From assembly GCA_963749075.1 (NCBI GenBank), contig CAVVLJ010000002.1, positions 64,001 through 128,000 of the forward strand: 64,000 nucleotides of DNA, written 5' to 3'. This document shows, in pieces, positions 31,894-41,510 of this stretch (the first letter of the stretch is position 1; each line of letters opens with the position of its first letter). The position numbers were made by a program, and so were the translations under genes. Source of the stretch: an uncultured Pseudomonadota bacterium. Lineage in GTDB: Bacteria > Pseudomonadota > Alphaproteobacteria > JACZXZ01. The notes under the pieces were generated by a model, which saw nothing but the letters and a program-made list of their open reading frames with translations, did not search any database and was not told where the DNA came from.

Positions 31894-32214
31894 ATGAAGG
31901 AAAAGAAGCTGGCCGCCGCCAATAAACTTCCGACGCGGATCAAGGCGACTGTCACGATCGAGGGACCGGCCGAAGACATCCTTGCTGATGTTCAGCGACT
32001 TCGCGGCGGGCAGCGCCGCGTTTCTTTGAGCACTGAGCCTAGGCGCGGCTATCTGGGCTTTTCCAATCACTACATTCCCGATATCAAGGGCGGCCACGTA
32101 CAGGACGCGCTTGAGAAATTGGAATTTATGTCAAAGCAAACCGTCATCGATTCCGAAACCGAGCAACGGCTGGAGCGGCTAATTAGGGATTTCGGTATCT
32201 TCACAGACACCTAG
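31894..32214 (+). CDS. Hypothetical protein (IS cargo)
   Basis: 106-aa ORF with ATG start, co-oriented with its neighbours. Confidence 0.5.
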   Translation: MKEKKLAAANKLPTRIKATVTIEGPAEDILADVQRLRGGQRRVSLSTEPRRGYLGFSNHYIPDIKGGHVQDALEKLEFMSKQTVIDSETEQRLERLIRDFGIFTDT

Positions 32215-32224
32215 GACTGCCTCT

Positions 32225-32395
32225 ATGAAAACCAAGACGCCCGTCCTGCGCTTAGAGGATATCGAGCTCCACCCCGACGCATGGGAGCGCTTCGAGCGTG
32301 CTGCGCGGGTCGTGGCGAAGCATGCGCCGATGCATAGAACGCCGAAGCCGAAACCTATCAAGCGCCGCAAACAGGTCACTTCGGACGGAACTTGA
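32225..32395 (+). CDS. Small basic protein, 56 aa (IS cargo)
   Basis: Below the ORF-track cutoff: MKTKTPVLRLEDIELHPDAWERFERAARVVAKHAPMHRTPKPKPIKRRKQVTSDGT; AGGA RBS. Confidence 0.55.
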   Translation: MKTKTPVLRLEDIELHPDAWERFERAARVVAKHAPMHRTPKPKPIKRRKQVTSDGT

Positions 32396-32574
32396 GAGGC
32401 GTTGAGAGATAGGCGATTAGACGCGCAATCTCGCGGCGCGGCACCATGATTTCAATTTCCGAATAGCCCGCGCGCGCGACAATCTTCGCATCGCCGTTGC
32501 GACTTGCAGCCACGTACTCGACGCGACGAAGGCTGACTTGGGATGGTGGCTTGCGCGGGACGCGCGCAGGACCG

Positions 32575-33522
32575 CTAGGCGTGGCCGAGCGCGCTGGACG
32601 CGGCTTGCTGCCTACGAGGCCTCCGATAGGTCAAGCGCTTGCCCACGATGCCCTTCGCCAGCTTCTCGGCACGCATCCAATCACTGACGCCCAAGGCCAC
32701 GCGCTCATTGTAACGAAAATCGAATTCCGCGAGATAGCGCTTTAGGTGCTGTGGGCTGACGTGGTGATAGGTGCCGATGATCCCGCGCTTCAAAATCGAG
32801 AAGTAGTTTTCGACCGTGTTTGTATGCCAAAACGTGCCGCGCACATATTCCTCGATCGAGTGATTGACCGTGCCATGCCCTGCGAATTCATCGCCGATCT
32901 TGGGGTAGATCGGGCTTTCGTCGGTCATCAAGTAGGACGCCTTGGAAGCCTGCGCGACGATGATCGGGCGCAATGTTTCATAGTTGACCACGGGCACGTG
33001 CGCTGAGCGCACCTTGCCGTCACGCTCGACAAGAGCGAACACGGCTTCCTTGGGCGGCACACGGTTTTTACGGTTCTTGGCCTTGCCGCCCACATACGTT
33101 TCATCGCCTTCCACAACCTTGTTCTGGCCCCCAAGGGCACCCGGAAGCTTTCCCTCGCGCATGGCCTCGCGCAGGCGCATGGTCATAAACCACGTACTCT
33201 TGTAGCTGATTTGCAGCATACGGTGCATTTGATGCGTGCTCATCCCCTTCTTGCTCGACGCGAGAAGAAACAAGGCCATTAGCCACTTGTTGAGCGGGAT
33301 TTTGGAGCGCTCAAACAGCGTGCCGACCGTGACGGTAAATTGCTTCTCGCAGCCCTTGCATTTGTAGACGCCTGCGCGATGGGCCGTGCCGTTGAGCTTG
33401 GTTGAGCAATCAACTAGGCCACAGTGTGGGCAAATAGGGCCATCGGGCCAAAGCAAGTGCTCAAACCACTCGCGGGCCTTGGTTTCGCTAGAAAGAACGT
33501 CTTTGTTGATGTTCGCGGGCAT
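32575..33522 (-). CDS. IS1595-family transposase
   Basis: Zn ribbon CPHCG...YKCKGC, SSKKGMS, VEGDETYVGG, LMTDE, VNHS, HTNTVENYF, LAEFDFRYN. Confidence 0.95.
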   Translation of the reverse strand: MPANINKDVLSSETKAREWFEHLLWPDGPICPHCGLVDCSTKLNGTAHRAGVYKCKGCEKQFTVTVGTLFERSKIPLNKWLMALFLLASSKKGMSTHQMHRMLQISYKSTWFMTMRLREAMREGKLPGALGGQNKVVEGDETYVGGKAKNRKNRVPPKEAVFALVERDGKVRSAHVPVVNYETLRPIIVAQASKASYLMTDESPIYPKIGDEFAGHGTVNHSIEEYVRGTFWHTNTVENYFSILKRGIIGTYHHVSPQHLKRYLAEFDFRYNERVALGVSDWMRAEKLAKGIVGKRLTYRRPRRQQAASSALGHA

Positions 33523-33595
33523 GGCCGTTCTCCAATTAACGGCCTATACTTGCATAGTGCAAGCGGTTTGTCAAGGTGACAATTGCCGGAATAGT

Positions 33596-33862
33596 GACAC
33601 AGGATCTCCCCCGTCGGAACGACTGCCCCCAGAGGGAGCAGCCGTCATTGATTTGGGCCACTACGGTAACCATGAGCTCTTTATGCTAAAAAGGGATTAC
33701 CTAAGCGGCTATCTTGCTAACTTCACTTTATTTGTACTCCCGAATGCCCGCCCCGGCCAAAATAGTGGAAAGCCAGGGCAACCCACATCTACTCCAGCGC
33801 CGGCGGGTGGGAGGCAAAACTTTATGCTCTTTTTACCTCAGCAAATACTTCCATCCCCGTAA
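33596..33862 (+). pseudogene. 3' part of the interrupted lipoprotein gene
   Basis: DTGSPPSERLPPEGAAVIDLGHYGNHELFM...; continues in frame from ...WNS once the IS and one target copy are removed. Confidence 0.8.
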
Positions 33863-33952
33863 ACCCGCGACCCCACCCGACGCCAACAATCGGAGAGGCC
33901 ATGGGACAGCCGGTGCCGCGCGGCTCTCGCCTTGGCGAGGCCGAAGAGTATC

Positions 33953-34726
33953 TCAGCCCGCCTTGCCGGCGCGCCCCTTGGCGAGAAACTGCTGCATCAT
34001 GCGCGCGGGCTCGCCCGTGCCGTAGGACAGGCGCTGGATGCGGATGCCGGCCTCGAGGCAATCGCGGAAGCCCGCCTCGGTCATCTCGCGGAAGCGCTGC
34101 TTGTTGAGGCGCATGGCGACCGGCGGCTTTTGCGCAAGCTCCTCGGCGAGGGCGAGGGCCTCGGCGAGCACGCGCTCGCGCGGCACGATGCGGTTCAAGA
34201 GGCCGAGGCTGCTGCACTCCTCGGCGTCCATCAGCCGGCCGGTCAGGGTGAGGTCGATGGTGCGCGCGAGGCCGAGCATCTCGCGCATGATCCACGGCCC
34301 CGTCGTGCTGGCGATGCCGGCGTCGATCTCGGGCTGGCCCATGCGCACCCCGGGATGGGCGATGCGGAAGTCGCAGTGCAGCGCCACCTGGAAGGCCGAG
34401 CCCACGGCGATCCCGTTCAAGGCCGCGATCAGCGGCTTCGTTAGGCCGCGGATGGCGCCGTAGAGCCGCTCCCACTCGCGCACCCATTCTTCGGCGCGGT
34501 CGGCATCGAAGCTCGCGGTCTCGTTGAGGTCCTGCCCGGCGCTGAAGGCGCGCTCGCCGGCGCCGGTGAGCACGATGGCGCGCACGGCGGCCTCGCCTTC
34601 GGCTGCCTCGAGCGCTGCCACCAGATCGCCGCGCATGGCCGCATCCCAGGCGTTGAGCAGCTCCTGGCGGTCGAGCGTGATGACGGCCGCGACGCCGCGG
34701 CGCTCGCGGCGGATGTGTTGGGCCAT
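33953..34726 (-). CDS. Enoyl-CoA hydratase/isomerase family protein
   Basis: RAFSAGQDL, KPLIAALNGIAVG, GQPE; start ATG 34726. Confidence 0.92.
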   Translation of the reverse strand: MAQHIRRERRGVAAVITLDRQELLNAWDAAMRGDLVAALEAAEGEAAVRAIVLTGAGERAFSAGQDLNETASFDADRAEEWVREWERLYGAIRGLTKPLIAALNGIAVGSAFQVALHCDFRIAHPGVRMGQPEIDAGIASTTGPWIMREMLGLARTIDLTLTGRLMDAEECSSLGLLNRIVPRERVLAEALALAEELAQKPPVAMRLNKQRFREMTEAGFRDCLEAGIRIQRLSYGTGEPARMMQQFLAKGRAGKAG

Positions 34727-34985
34727 TCGCTCCCCCTCGCTCGCCGCAGACTTTGTAAAATTCATTGCGGCCGGCTCGAAATTATCGGCATGCCCGGCGG
34801 CTGACAAATGAAAAGCCGAGGGGCGAAGAGCCCAGGGGCCAAAACCTAGGGGCGAGAAAGGGAAGGGGAGAGTGCACGGCGGCGGCTCGATCCGCAGCCG
34901 CCGCCCTTGTGAACGGCATTGCAATCCTGCACCGGGACGGGGCTTACTGCCGTCCTCTCCGGCCGCCGCCGGACCAAGGTACCGC

Positions 34986-36092
34986 ATGCGTTCCGACCGT
35001 CCCGAGCATAAGGGTGCGATCCTCTCCATCGACCTCGCGGCGATCCGCGCCAATTACCGCCTCCTCGAGGAGCGCCTCGGCAGCGTCGCTTGCGCCGCCG
35101 TGGTGAAGGCCGACGCCTACGGTCTCGGGGCCGAGCGCGTGGCGCCGGCCCTTGCGGCCGAGGGCTGCGCCCATTTCTTCGTGGCGCACCTCGATGAAGC
35201 CTTGGCACTCCGTCCGCATCTTGCCGAGGACGCCGACCTTTATGTTCTTCACGGCCCGCCCGCGGGCGCCGCCGAGGAGCTCGCGGCGCACCGCCTCGTC
35301 CCCGTGCTCAACAGCTTAGCCCAGCTCGAGGCCTGGAGCGCGCTCGCGCGGAAGCGTGCGCGCGCCCTTCCCGCGGTCCTCCAGCTCGACACCGGCATGT
35401 CGCGCCTCGGGCTCTCGGGCGCCGAGCTGGCGGCGCTGGCGCGCGACCCTCGGCAGCTTGCCGGCATCGAGCTCCGCTACGTCATGAGCCATCTCGCCTG
35501 CGCCGAGCAGCAGTCCCATCCCTTGAACGCCCGGCAGCTCGCCCGCTTCCGCGCCGCCTTGCCGCAACTGCCGGCCGCCAAGGCGACCTTGGCCAATTCC
35601 TCGGGCATCTTCCTCGGGCCCGACTACCACTTCGATCTGGCGCGCCCGGGTGCCGCCCTCTATGGCATAGCGCCCGTCGAGGGCGAGGCCAACCCGATGG
35701 CGCAGGTGGTGCGCCTGGAGGGCAAGGTGATCCAGCTGCGCGACATCCCGGCGGGCGCCGGCGTCGGCTATGGGGCGAGCTGGCAGGCCTCCACGCCGCG
35801 GCGCATCGCGACGGTGGCGGTCGGCTATGCCGACGGCTTCCCGCGCAGCCTCTCCAACGGCACGGCGGCGCGCTACCGCGGCACGCTGCTGCCGCTCATC
35901 GGCCGCGTGTCGATGGACACCCTCACGCTCGACGCGAGCGCCTTGGCGCCGGATGCGCTGCAGCCGGGCAGTCTCGTCGAGCTCATCGGCGAAGGCCATC
36001 CGATCGACGCCGTGGCCGCCGAGGCGGGCACCATCGCCTACGAGCTCCTCACCCGGCTCGGCCGCCGCTACTTCCGCCGCTATCTCGGCTAA
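34986..36092 (+). CDS. alr: Alanine racemase
   Basis: AVVKADAYGLG PLP lysine motif, DTGMSRLG, VGYG, GRVSMD. Confidence 0.93.
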   Translation: MRSDRPEHKGAILSIDLAAIRANYRLLEERLGSVACAAVVKADAYGLGAERVAPALAAEGCAHFFVAHLDEALALRPHLAEDADLYVLHGPPAGAAEELAAHRLVPVLNSLAQLEAWSALARKRARALPAVLQLDTGMSRLGLSGAELAALARDPRQLAGIELRYVMSHLACAEQQSHPLNARQLARFRAALPQLPAAKATLANSSGIFLGPDYHFDLARPGAALYGIAPVEGEANPMAQVVRLEGKVIQLRDIPAGAGVGYGASWQASTPRRIATVAVGYADGFPRSLSNGTAARYRGTLLPLIGRVSMDTLTLDASALAPDALQPGSLVELIGEGHPIDAVAAEAGTIAYELLTRLGRRYFRRYLG

Positions 36093-36221
36093 GAGCCTTA
36101 GCAGGCGCCATCCTTCAAGCCCGCGCGACCCTCGAATCCTCGCCTATGCGATAGAAAATAATTGACTAAAAGCTATTCTTAGTAGTGATATGAAAAAAAT
36201 GCTTTCAGAGACGAGGGGGCC

Positions 36222-37118
36222 ATGGTCGCATCACGCTGCTTGCGCGCATTTGCCATTCTGGGCTGCTGCCTGGGGATTGCCGCGGCGGCGGCACGGCCGG
36301 CCGCGGCCCAGCAGACCGAGAGCGACGAGGTGAAGAAGGCCGTCGAGGCGGCGATCCAGAGCGCCATCGGGAACTCGATCGAGGAGACGCTGCGCACGAA
36401 CCTCTCGGCGACCCAGGCCCAGCCCGAGGCCCAGCCCGCCAACCAGCCCGCGAACATGAATACCTTCTGGGCGCGTCCGGAATACCTGTCCGTCGTGACC
36501 AGCTTTGGCCCCTTCAGCTCCACGACCCCCGTGGTCATAGCACCGGTCGGCGCCGTTTTCCGGCTGAACCAGGACATGTTCCTCGGGGTTTCGGCGAGTT
36601 ACACGCACGTCGGGGGAAAATTCAGCGCCGACGACGTCGGCGGCGACGTCATCGGCACCTATGTCATCGCCTCCGACGCCAAGTCGAACATTCGCGGCAA
36701 TCTCGATCTCGGCTTCGTCCATTTCCTGCCCGGCACCGGCGGCAGCGCCACGACGTATCAGCTGACGCCGAGCGTCGACTTCGAGCACACCTTCGGCCCG
36801 GTCGTCGCGACGCTGTCGCCGGGCGCGTCATTCGGCTGGAGCGACCCGAGCGGTCCCGACGATCCCTCGAAGCAGGTCATCCTTGCGGCCAAAGCCGTCT
36901 ACATCGACGGCCCCATCCAGCCGCAATTGAGCGTCGAGTGGCAAAAGGCCTTGGGCCCAGGCGACACGACCGACGGGACCGTGAGCGTGACGCCGGAGGT
37001 GAATTACGTGTCGGGCAACCTGACGGTCGGCATCGGCTACATCTACAGCACGGTCCTCGGCGGGAATTTCACCTCGTATTCCCATGCCGCACTCGCGACC
37101 CTGAGGGTGCGGTTCTAG
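36222..37118 (+). CDS. Exported protein, probable outer-membrane beta-barrel
   Basis: Signal peptide, alternating amphipathic beta-strands, C-terminal ATLRVRF (terminal Phe); AT-rich promoter region upstream. Confidence 0.65.
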   Translation: MVASRCLRAFAILGCCLGIAAAAARPAAAQQTESDEVKKAVEAAIQSAIGNSIEETLRTNLSATQAQPEAQPANQPANMNTFWARPEYLSVVTSFGPFSSTTPVVIAPVGAVFRLNQDMFLGVSASYTHVGGKFSADDVGGDVIGTYVIASDAKSNIRGNLDLGFVHFLPGTGGSATTYQLTPSVDFEHTFGPVVATLSPGASFGWSDPSGPDDPSKQVILAAKAVYIDGPIQPQLSVEWQKALGPGDTTDGTVSVTPEVNYVSGNLTVGIGYIYSTVLGGNFTSYSHAALATLRVRF

Positions 37119-37203
37119 AGGCAGGCCTCTTGGCGCGGGCGTCGGGAGTGCCATCGAGCCGGCCGGGCAGGCTCCGACCGAGGCCCGCCCGGAAGGAGCG
37201 CGA

Positions 37204-39522
37204 ATGCACGGACGACTCCCCGCCATAGCGGGCGGCCTCTATCTTCTCCTCGCCTGCTCGGCCCTTGCCCAATCGGATGCCGTAAGGGATGTCGTGCGGG
37301 GCGCCACCTCGCAGGCCGTCCGCGGCGCCACGCGCGACGCGATCACGGCCGTGCTGCACAAGCCCACCCTCTATGTCGACGACGCGGAGGACGCGCTCGT
37401 CGGCTCTTCCCTCAGTCCGGACAGGCGGAACCTGCTGCTGATCTTCCGGCATCAGGAGCCTCGCCTGTGGAATTTCGCCAACGGCCAGCAATATCGGGTC
37501 GGCTCGGCAGCGCGCTGGAGCGGCTTGTCGCTCGATCCCAGCGCGCGCTTCATCTTCGGACGGGACGCGAGCGGTGCCGCCCAGGCGGTCGATGTCCTCG
37601 CGGACAAGCCCGTCGATGACGCCGCCGCGGCTCGGGAATTGCTGACGGTCCAGCAGCGCAAGGCGCTCTTCGTCGGGCGCGGCGGCGACGTGGCGGAGCT
37701 CGGCGGCGGCAGCGGCCAAGGAGGCGGCGTCCGCATCGTGGCAGCCGGTAATGCGCTCGGCTATTCGCCGGACGGACGGCTTGCCGCGGTGCCGAGCGGC
37801 GGCGGCATGGCGCTGGTGTCCGCGGAGACCCTCAAGGAGGCGGGCGAAATTGCACTGCCGGACGTGCCGGGCCTGGCCATGGGCGACATCAGGATCCCGG
37901 CCGATGGCAATCCGCAAAAGGTCTCCTACGTCGCAATTGCGGACGGCGCCGTCTATGCCAAGCTCGGGTCGGGGGGAAAGCCGCTGCGCCTCGTCCTGCC
38001 CGGCCGCGCGCTTGCGGCCGGCCTCGTCGACGGCAAGGAGCAAGCGGTCTCCGTCACCGCCTCGGGAGAGCTCGTCATCTCGGCAGCGGACGGAAAGCCC
38101 CTCTCGTCGGTGCGCAACGAGCTGATCTCGCACGCCGTTCGCGTCTGGACCTACAAGCAAGGCGCCATCGCCGTGGTGCTCAGGGACGATGGCCGGCTGA
38201 TCGCCCTCGACCGGCTCGGCAAGCTGGCATTCATGGCGCTCTCCACGAGGAGCGGCTGGGCCGTCATCGACGGCAGGGGGCGCTACGACGATTCATCGGG
38301 CGGGCGGCAGAGGATCGGCTGGTCGATCGCCGACATGCGGCTGGCCATCGATCACTTTGCGCGGGAGTATTTCGAGCCGGGGCTTCTGGCACTCTACACC
38401 ACCGAGACGGGGCGCTTTCTCGCCCCCGGTCCCTTCGATTTCGCGCAAGGCGTGCCGCTTCCCCCGGCTGTGGTAAGCCTCTCGCTGAAATCGCCTTCGC
38501 GCGATGCCGGCACGCCGAACCAGGTGATCATCACCGCCCGCGACGCCGACGGGCCGGTCCAAGGCATCGACCTCTATCAGAACGGCAAGCGCCTGCCGCC
38601 CGCGGACGTGCTTTTCGACGAGACGAGGACAGAGGGCCGCGTCACCGTTCGCGGCTTGGCGTTCAACGTGCGGCCCGTCGTCGGCCGCAACGAATTCCGC
38701 GCGGTGCCCATCGGGCTCGGCGCCATCGAGGGGCAGGACGTCACGATGGCCGAGAGCTTCACGGGCTCCGCGGCAACGGAGTCCCTGCACGTGCTGGTCG
38801 TCGGCATCGACGACTACGCCGTGCCGGGCTTCCATCTGGATTATGCCTCCACCGACGCCGCTCATCTCCTCGATCAGCTCCGCAGCAGTGCCCGGAGATT
38901 CGGGAGGATCGCGGTCTACAAGCTGGTGGACAAGGACGCCACGAAGGAGGGGATACTTGCCGCCTTCGCGCGCTTGAAGGCAGAGGCGAAACCCGAGGAC
39001 ACCGTCGTGCTCTATTTTGCCGGCCACGGCATCGTGCTGGACGACGAGTGGTACTTCGTAGCACAGAACGTCGAGGCGCGCACGGTCGAGGGCGTCAAGC
39101 GGGCCGGCCTCTCGTCCAAGGATTTGTACGATGCCATCGTCGGGGTGCCGGCCGAGAAGGTCTTTCTCATGATGGATGCCTGCTACTCGGGTGCGGTGAC
39201 CGAGAGGCTGGACCGCTTCGCGGCGCAGCGCGCTTCCGCGGTCATCGGGCGAATGTCGGGTGTCGCGGTGCTTGCGGCCTCGCGGGCGGACCAAGAGGCC
39301 TATGAAGCAGCCGAATTGGGCGGCGGGCTCTTCACCTATGTCGTCGTCCGCGGCCTCAAGGGGGCGGCGGACAAGGCCAAGCGCGGCACCGTCGAGGTGG
39401 CCGAGCTCATCGAGTATGCCGAGGACGTGCTGCCGCGCCTGTTCAGGGACAAATTGAAGGAGCCGCAAATCCCCGAGGCCTTCTTCGGCGGCACGGATTT
39501 CTACCTCTCGTCTTCGAGGTGA
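37204..39522 (+). CDS. Exported caspase-family (peptidase C14) protein with beta-propeller-like and Ig-like regions
   Basis: Signal peptide ...ALAQ; SLSPD and GYSPDG repeats; LVVGIDDY; catalytic YFAGHG and MDACYSG. Confidence 0.88.
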   Translation: MHGRLPAIAGGLYLLLACSALAQSDAVRDVVRGATSQAVRGATRDAITAVLHKPTLYVDDAEDALVGSSLSPDRRNLLLIFRHQEPRLWNFANGQQYRVGSAARWSGLSLDPSARFIFGRDASGAAQAVDVLADKPVDDAAAARELLTVQQRKALFVGRGGDVAELGGGSGQGGGVRIVAAGNALGYSPDGRLAAVPSGGGMALVSAETLKEAGEIALPDVPGLAMGDIRIPADGNPQKVSYVAIADGAVYAKLGSGGKPLRLVLPGRALAAGLVDGKEQAVSVTASGELVISAADGKPLSSVRNELISHAVRVWTYKQGAIAVVLRDDGRLIALDRLGKLAFMALSTRSGWAVIDGRGRYDDSSGGRQRIGWSIADMRLAIDHFAREYFEPGLLALYTTETGRFLAPGPFDFAQGVPLPPAVVSLSLKSPSRDAGTPNQVIITARDADGPVQGIDLYQNGKRLPPADVLFDETRTEGRVTVRGLAFNVRPVVGRNEFRAVPIGLGAIEGQDVTMAESFTGSAATESLHVLVVGIDDYAVPGFHLDYASTDAAHLLDQLRSSARRFGRIAVYKLVDKDATKEGILAAFARLKAEAKPEDTVVLYFAGHGIVLDDEWYFVAQNVEARTVEGVKRAGLSSKDLYDAIVGVPAEKVFLMMDACYSGAVTERLDRFAAQRASAVIGRMSGVAVLAASRADQEAYEAAELGGGLFTYVVVRGLKGAADKAKRGTVEVAELIEYAEDVLPRLFRDKLKEPQIPEAFFGGTDFYLSSSR

Positions 39523-39550
39523 CTGCGGTGGCGGGGTGCATCGGCAGCGC

Positions 39551-40411
39551 TCACGGGCACTTGGCGAGCTCGACGTCGAGGGCGGCGCGGCGCGCGCCGT
39601 CGCGGAAGCAGCCGTAGCTCCAGCTCCCGGCGAAGACGTCGCCGTCCGCGTCGCGGCGGGTGCCCTGGCCGTTCGGCCGGCCGTCGCTCCACTCGCCGTC
39701 GTAGCTGCCGCCCGGCCAGCGCTGGACGCCGTGGCCGTTGCGCGCGTCGTCGCGCCATTCGCCGTCGTAGCGCTCGCCGTTCGCCCAGCTGAGGGTGCCA
39801 TGGCCGTCCCGCTTGCCGGCCTTGAAGTCCCCCTCGAAGCGGTCGCCGTTCGGCCAGCTCAGCACCCCGTGGCCGTCCGGATGGCCGGCCTTCCACTCGC
39901 CGTCGTAGCGGTAGCCGTTGGCCGCCACGGAGACGCCGTGCCCGCTCTCCACGCCGTCTTTGAAGCCGCCCTCGTAGCGGTCGCCGTTGGCGAAGCTGTA
40001 GACGCCGTAGCCGTTCTCGCGCCCGTCGCTCCACTCGCCCTCGTAGCGGTCGCCGCCCGCCTTGACCCGCACCCCGTGGCCGGCGATCTCGCCGGCTTTG
40101 AAATCGCCCTCGTAGCGTTCGCCGTTGGCCCAGACGTAGACGCCGCGACCCTGGCTGTGCCCCGCCGCGTAAGCGCCCTCGTAGCGGTCGGTGGCGCTCC
40201 CGCCGGCGAACCACTGGAGCACGCCCTGGCCGTCGGCAAGACCGCCCTTGCAAGGCCCGCTCCAGCTGATGCTCTCGCCCGGCCGCGGGTAGGCGTCCCA
40301 CACGCGGCAGCCGCTCTTATCCGCGATCCAGCCCGGCCGGGCCGGCTCCTGCGCCGCGGCCGTGCCGGCCACGAACGCTGCCAGTGCTGCGCCCATCGCG
40401 ATCCGCCACAT
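39551..40411 (-). CDS. Exported MORN-repeat protein
   Basis: Tandem 23-aa YEGxWxxGxxxGxG repeats; signal peptide; WSGPCKGGLADG. Confidence 0.92.
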   Translation of the reverse strand: MWRIAMGAALAAFVAGTAAAQEPARPGWIADKSGCRVWDAYPRPGESISWSGPCKGGLADGQGVLQWFAGGSATDRYEGAYAAGHSQGRGVYVWANGERYEGDFKAGEIAGHGVRVKAGGDRYEGEWSDGRENGYGVYSFANGDRYEGGFKDGVESGHGVSVAANGYRYDGEWKAGHPDGHGVLSWPNGDRFEGDFKAGKRDGHGTLSWANGERYDGEWRDDARNGHGVQRWPGGSYDGEWSDGRPNGQGTRRDADGDVFAGSWSYGCFRDGARRAALDVELAKCP

Positions 40412-40550
40412 GCGCCCTCCCTGCCCGCCGCTCGGGCGAGCCGGACGGAGTATAGCGAGGGACGAGCGGCAAGATCGAGCGCGCGCGCGGCGACGTTACA
40501 CTTTACATACTTGGCCACAAGTGCTAGATTTCCGGCCATAGGAGGTCCCC

Positions 40551-41445
40551 ATGGCCAACTCAGTTCTCGCCGCTCCCCATTTCCAAGATGAAACCGCCGC
40601 CTTCGCCTACGTCGAGGCGCGCCTGTGGCGGAATGGCCCCGTGTGCCCGTTTTGCGGCGAAACCGCGAGAGTTGGCAGTTTGAACGGCAAGACCACCCGT
40701 CCGGGCCTGTGCAAGTGCTACGCCTGCCAGAAGCCCTTTACCGTCCGCATGGGGACCATTTTCGAGTCCTCCCATTTGGCCCTGCGCCTGTGGCTCCAAG
40801 TGATCCACCTAATGTGCGCCAGCAAGAAAGGTATCTCGGCTCGCCAAATCCAGCGAATGCTCCGGTGCAGCATGAAAACCGCGTGGTTCCTCGGGCACCG
40901 GATCAGGCTGGCCATGGCCCCCGCCTCTGCCGGGCCCTTGGGCGGTGCTGGCAAGACCGTGGAGGCCGATGAAACCTTCCTGACCAAATCCCGCAAGACC
41001 CGCTGCGCGCTCCACGAGCGGGCCGATCGACAGGTCTTGAGCCTTGTCGAGCGTGACGGTGCGACCCGCTCCATGTTCCTCGATCACAGGAATGTCGCGG
41101 CCATCCTCTACCAGCACGTCCACAGGATAGCCGCCTCGTGACCGATGGTGCGCAGCACTACAAGTTCCCGCCCCTCGCCAAGCACGAGAGTGTGGACCAT
41201 TCCAAGGGTGAATATGTCCGAGGGGACGTGCATACGAACACCTTGGAAGGCTTCTTCCTGATCTTCAAGCGCGGGCTGGTCGGCGTCTATCAGCACATGG
41301 ACGAGCGGCATCTTGGCCGCTATCTGGCGAGTTTGATTTCCGCGGGAACACCCGCGCCAAGCTGGGCATTGACGACGTGCAGCGGGCCGAAATCGCCCTA
41401 CAGGGCGCCAAGGGCAAGCGCCTTTCCTATCAAACAACTCACTAA
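40551..41445 (+). pseudogene. IS1595-family transposase with two frameshifts
   Basis: CPFCG...CKCYAC, ASKKGIS and VEADET in the first frame. VTDG, VDHS and HTNTLEGFF follow a shift near 41125; EFDFR...KRLSY* follows a shift near 41328. Confidence 0.85.
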
Positions 41446-41510
41446 AAAATAGTCGGGGTAGAAAATGGCCACACCTTGTGCGTGCGAAAACTGGTTGCTA
41501 TGCTCAACGG

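Larger units (their letters stand above)
30156..33587 (-). mobile_element. IS1595-family cargo-carrying element #1 (3432 bp)
   Basis: 8-bp direct repeats ggaatagt at 30148-30155 and 33588-33595. Imperfect terminal inverted repeats: ggcgattagggtgataacaaaccg versus revcomp ggcaattgtcaccttgacaaaccg. Intact transposase at the right end. Confidence 0.88.

Noticed and set aside
39560-40230. Periodic ~69-bp repeats (gtagcggtcgccgtt...) as a CRISPR array
   Set aside because: They are degenerate, in-frame MORN coding repeats with no unique spacers and no cas genes.
41110-41340. Programmed ribosomal frameshifting in transposase #2
   Set aside because: There are two separate shifts, no slippery heptamer, and the intact homolog in element #1 is a single ORF.
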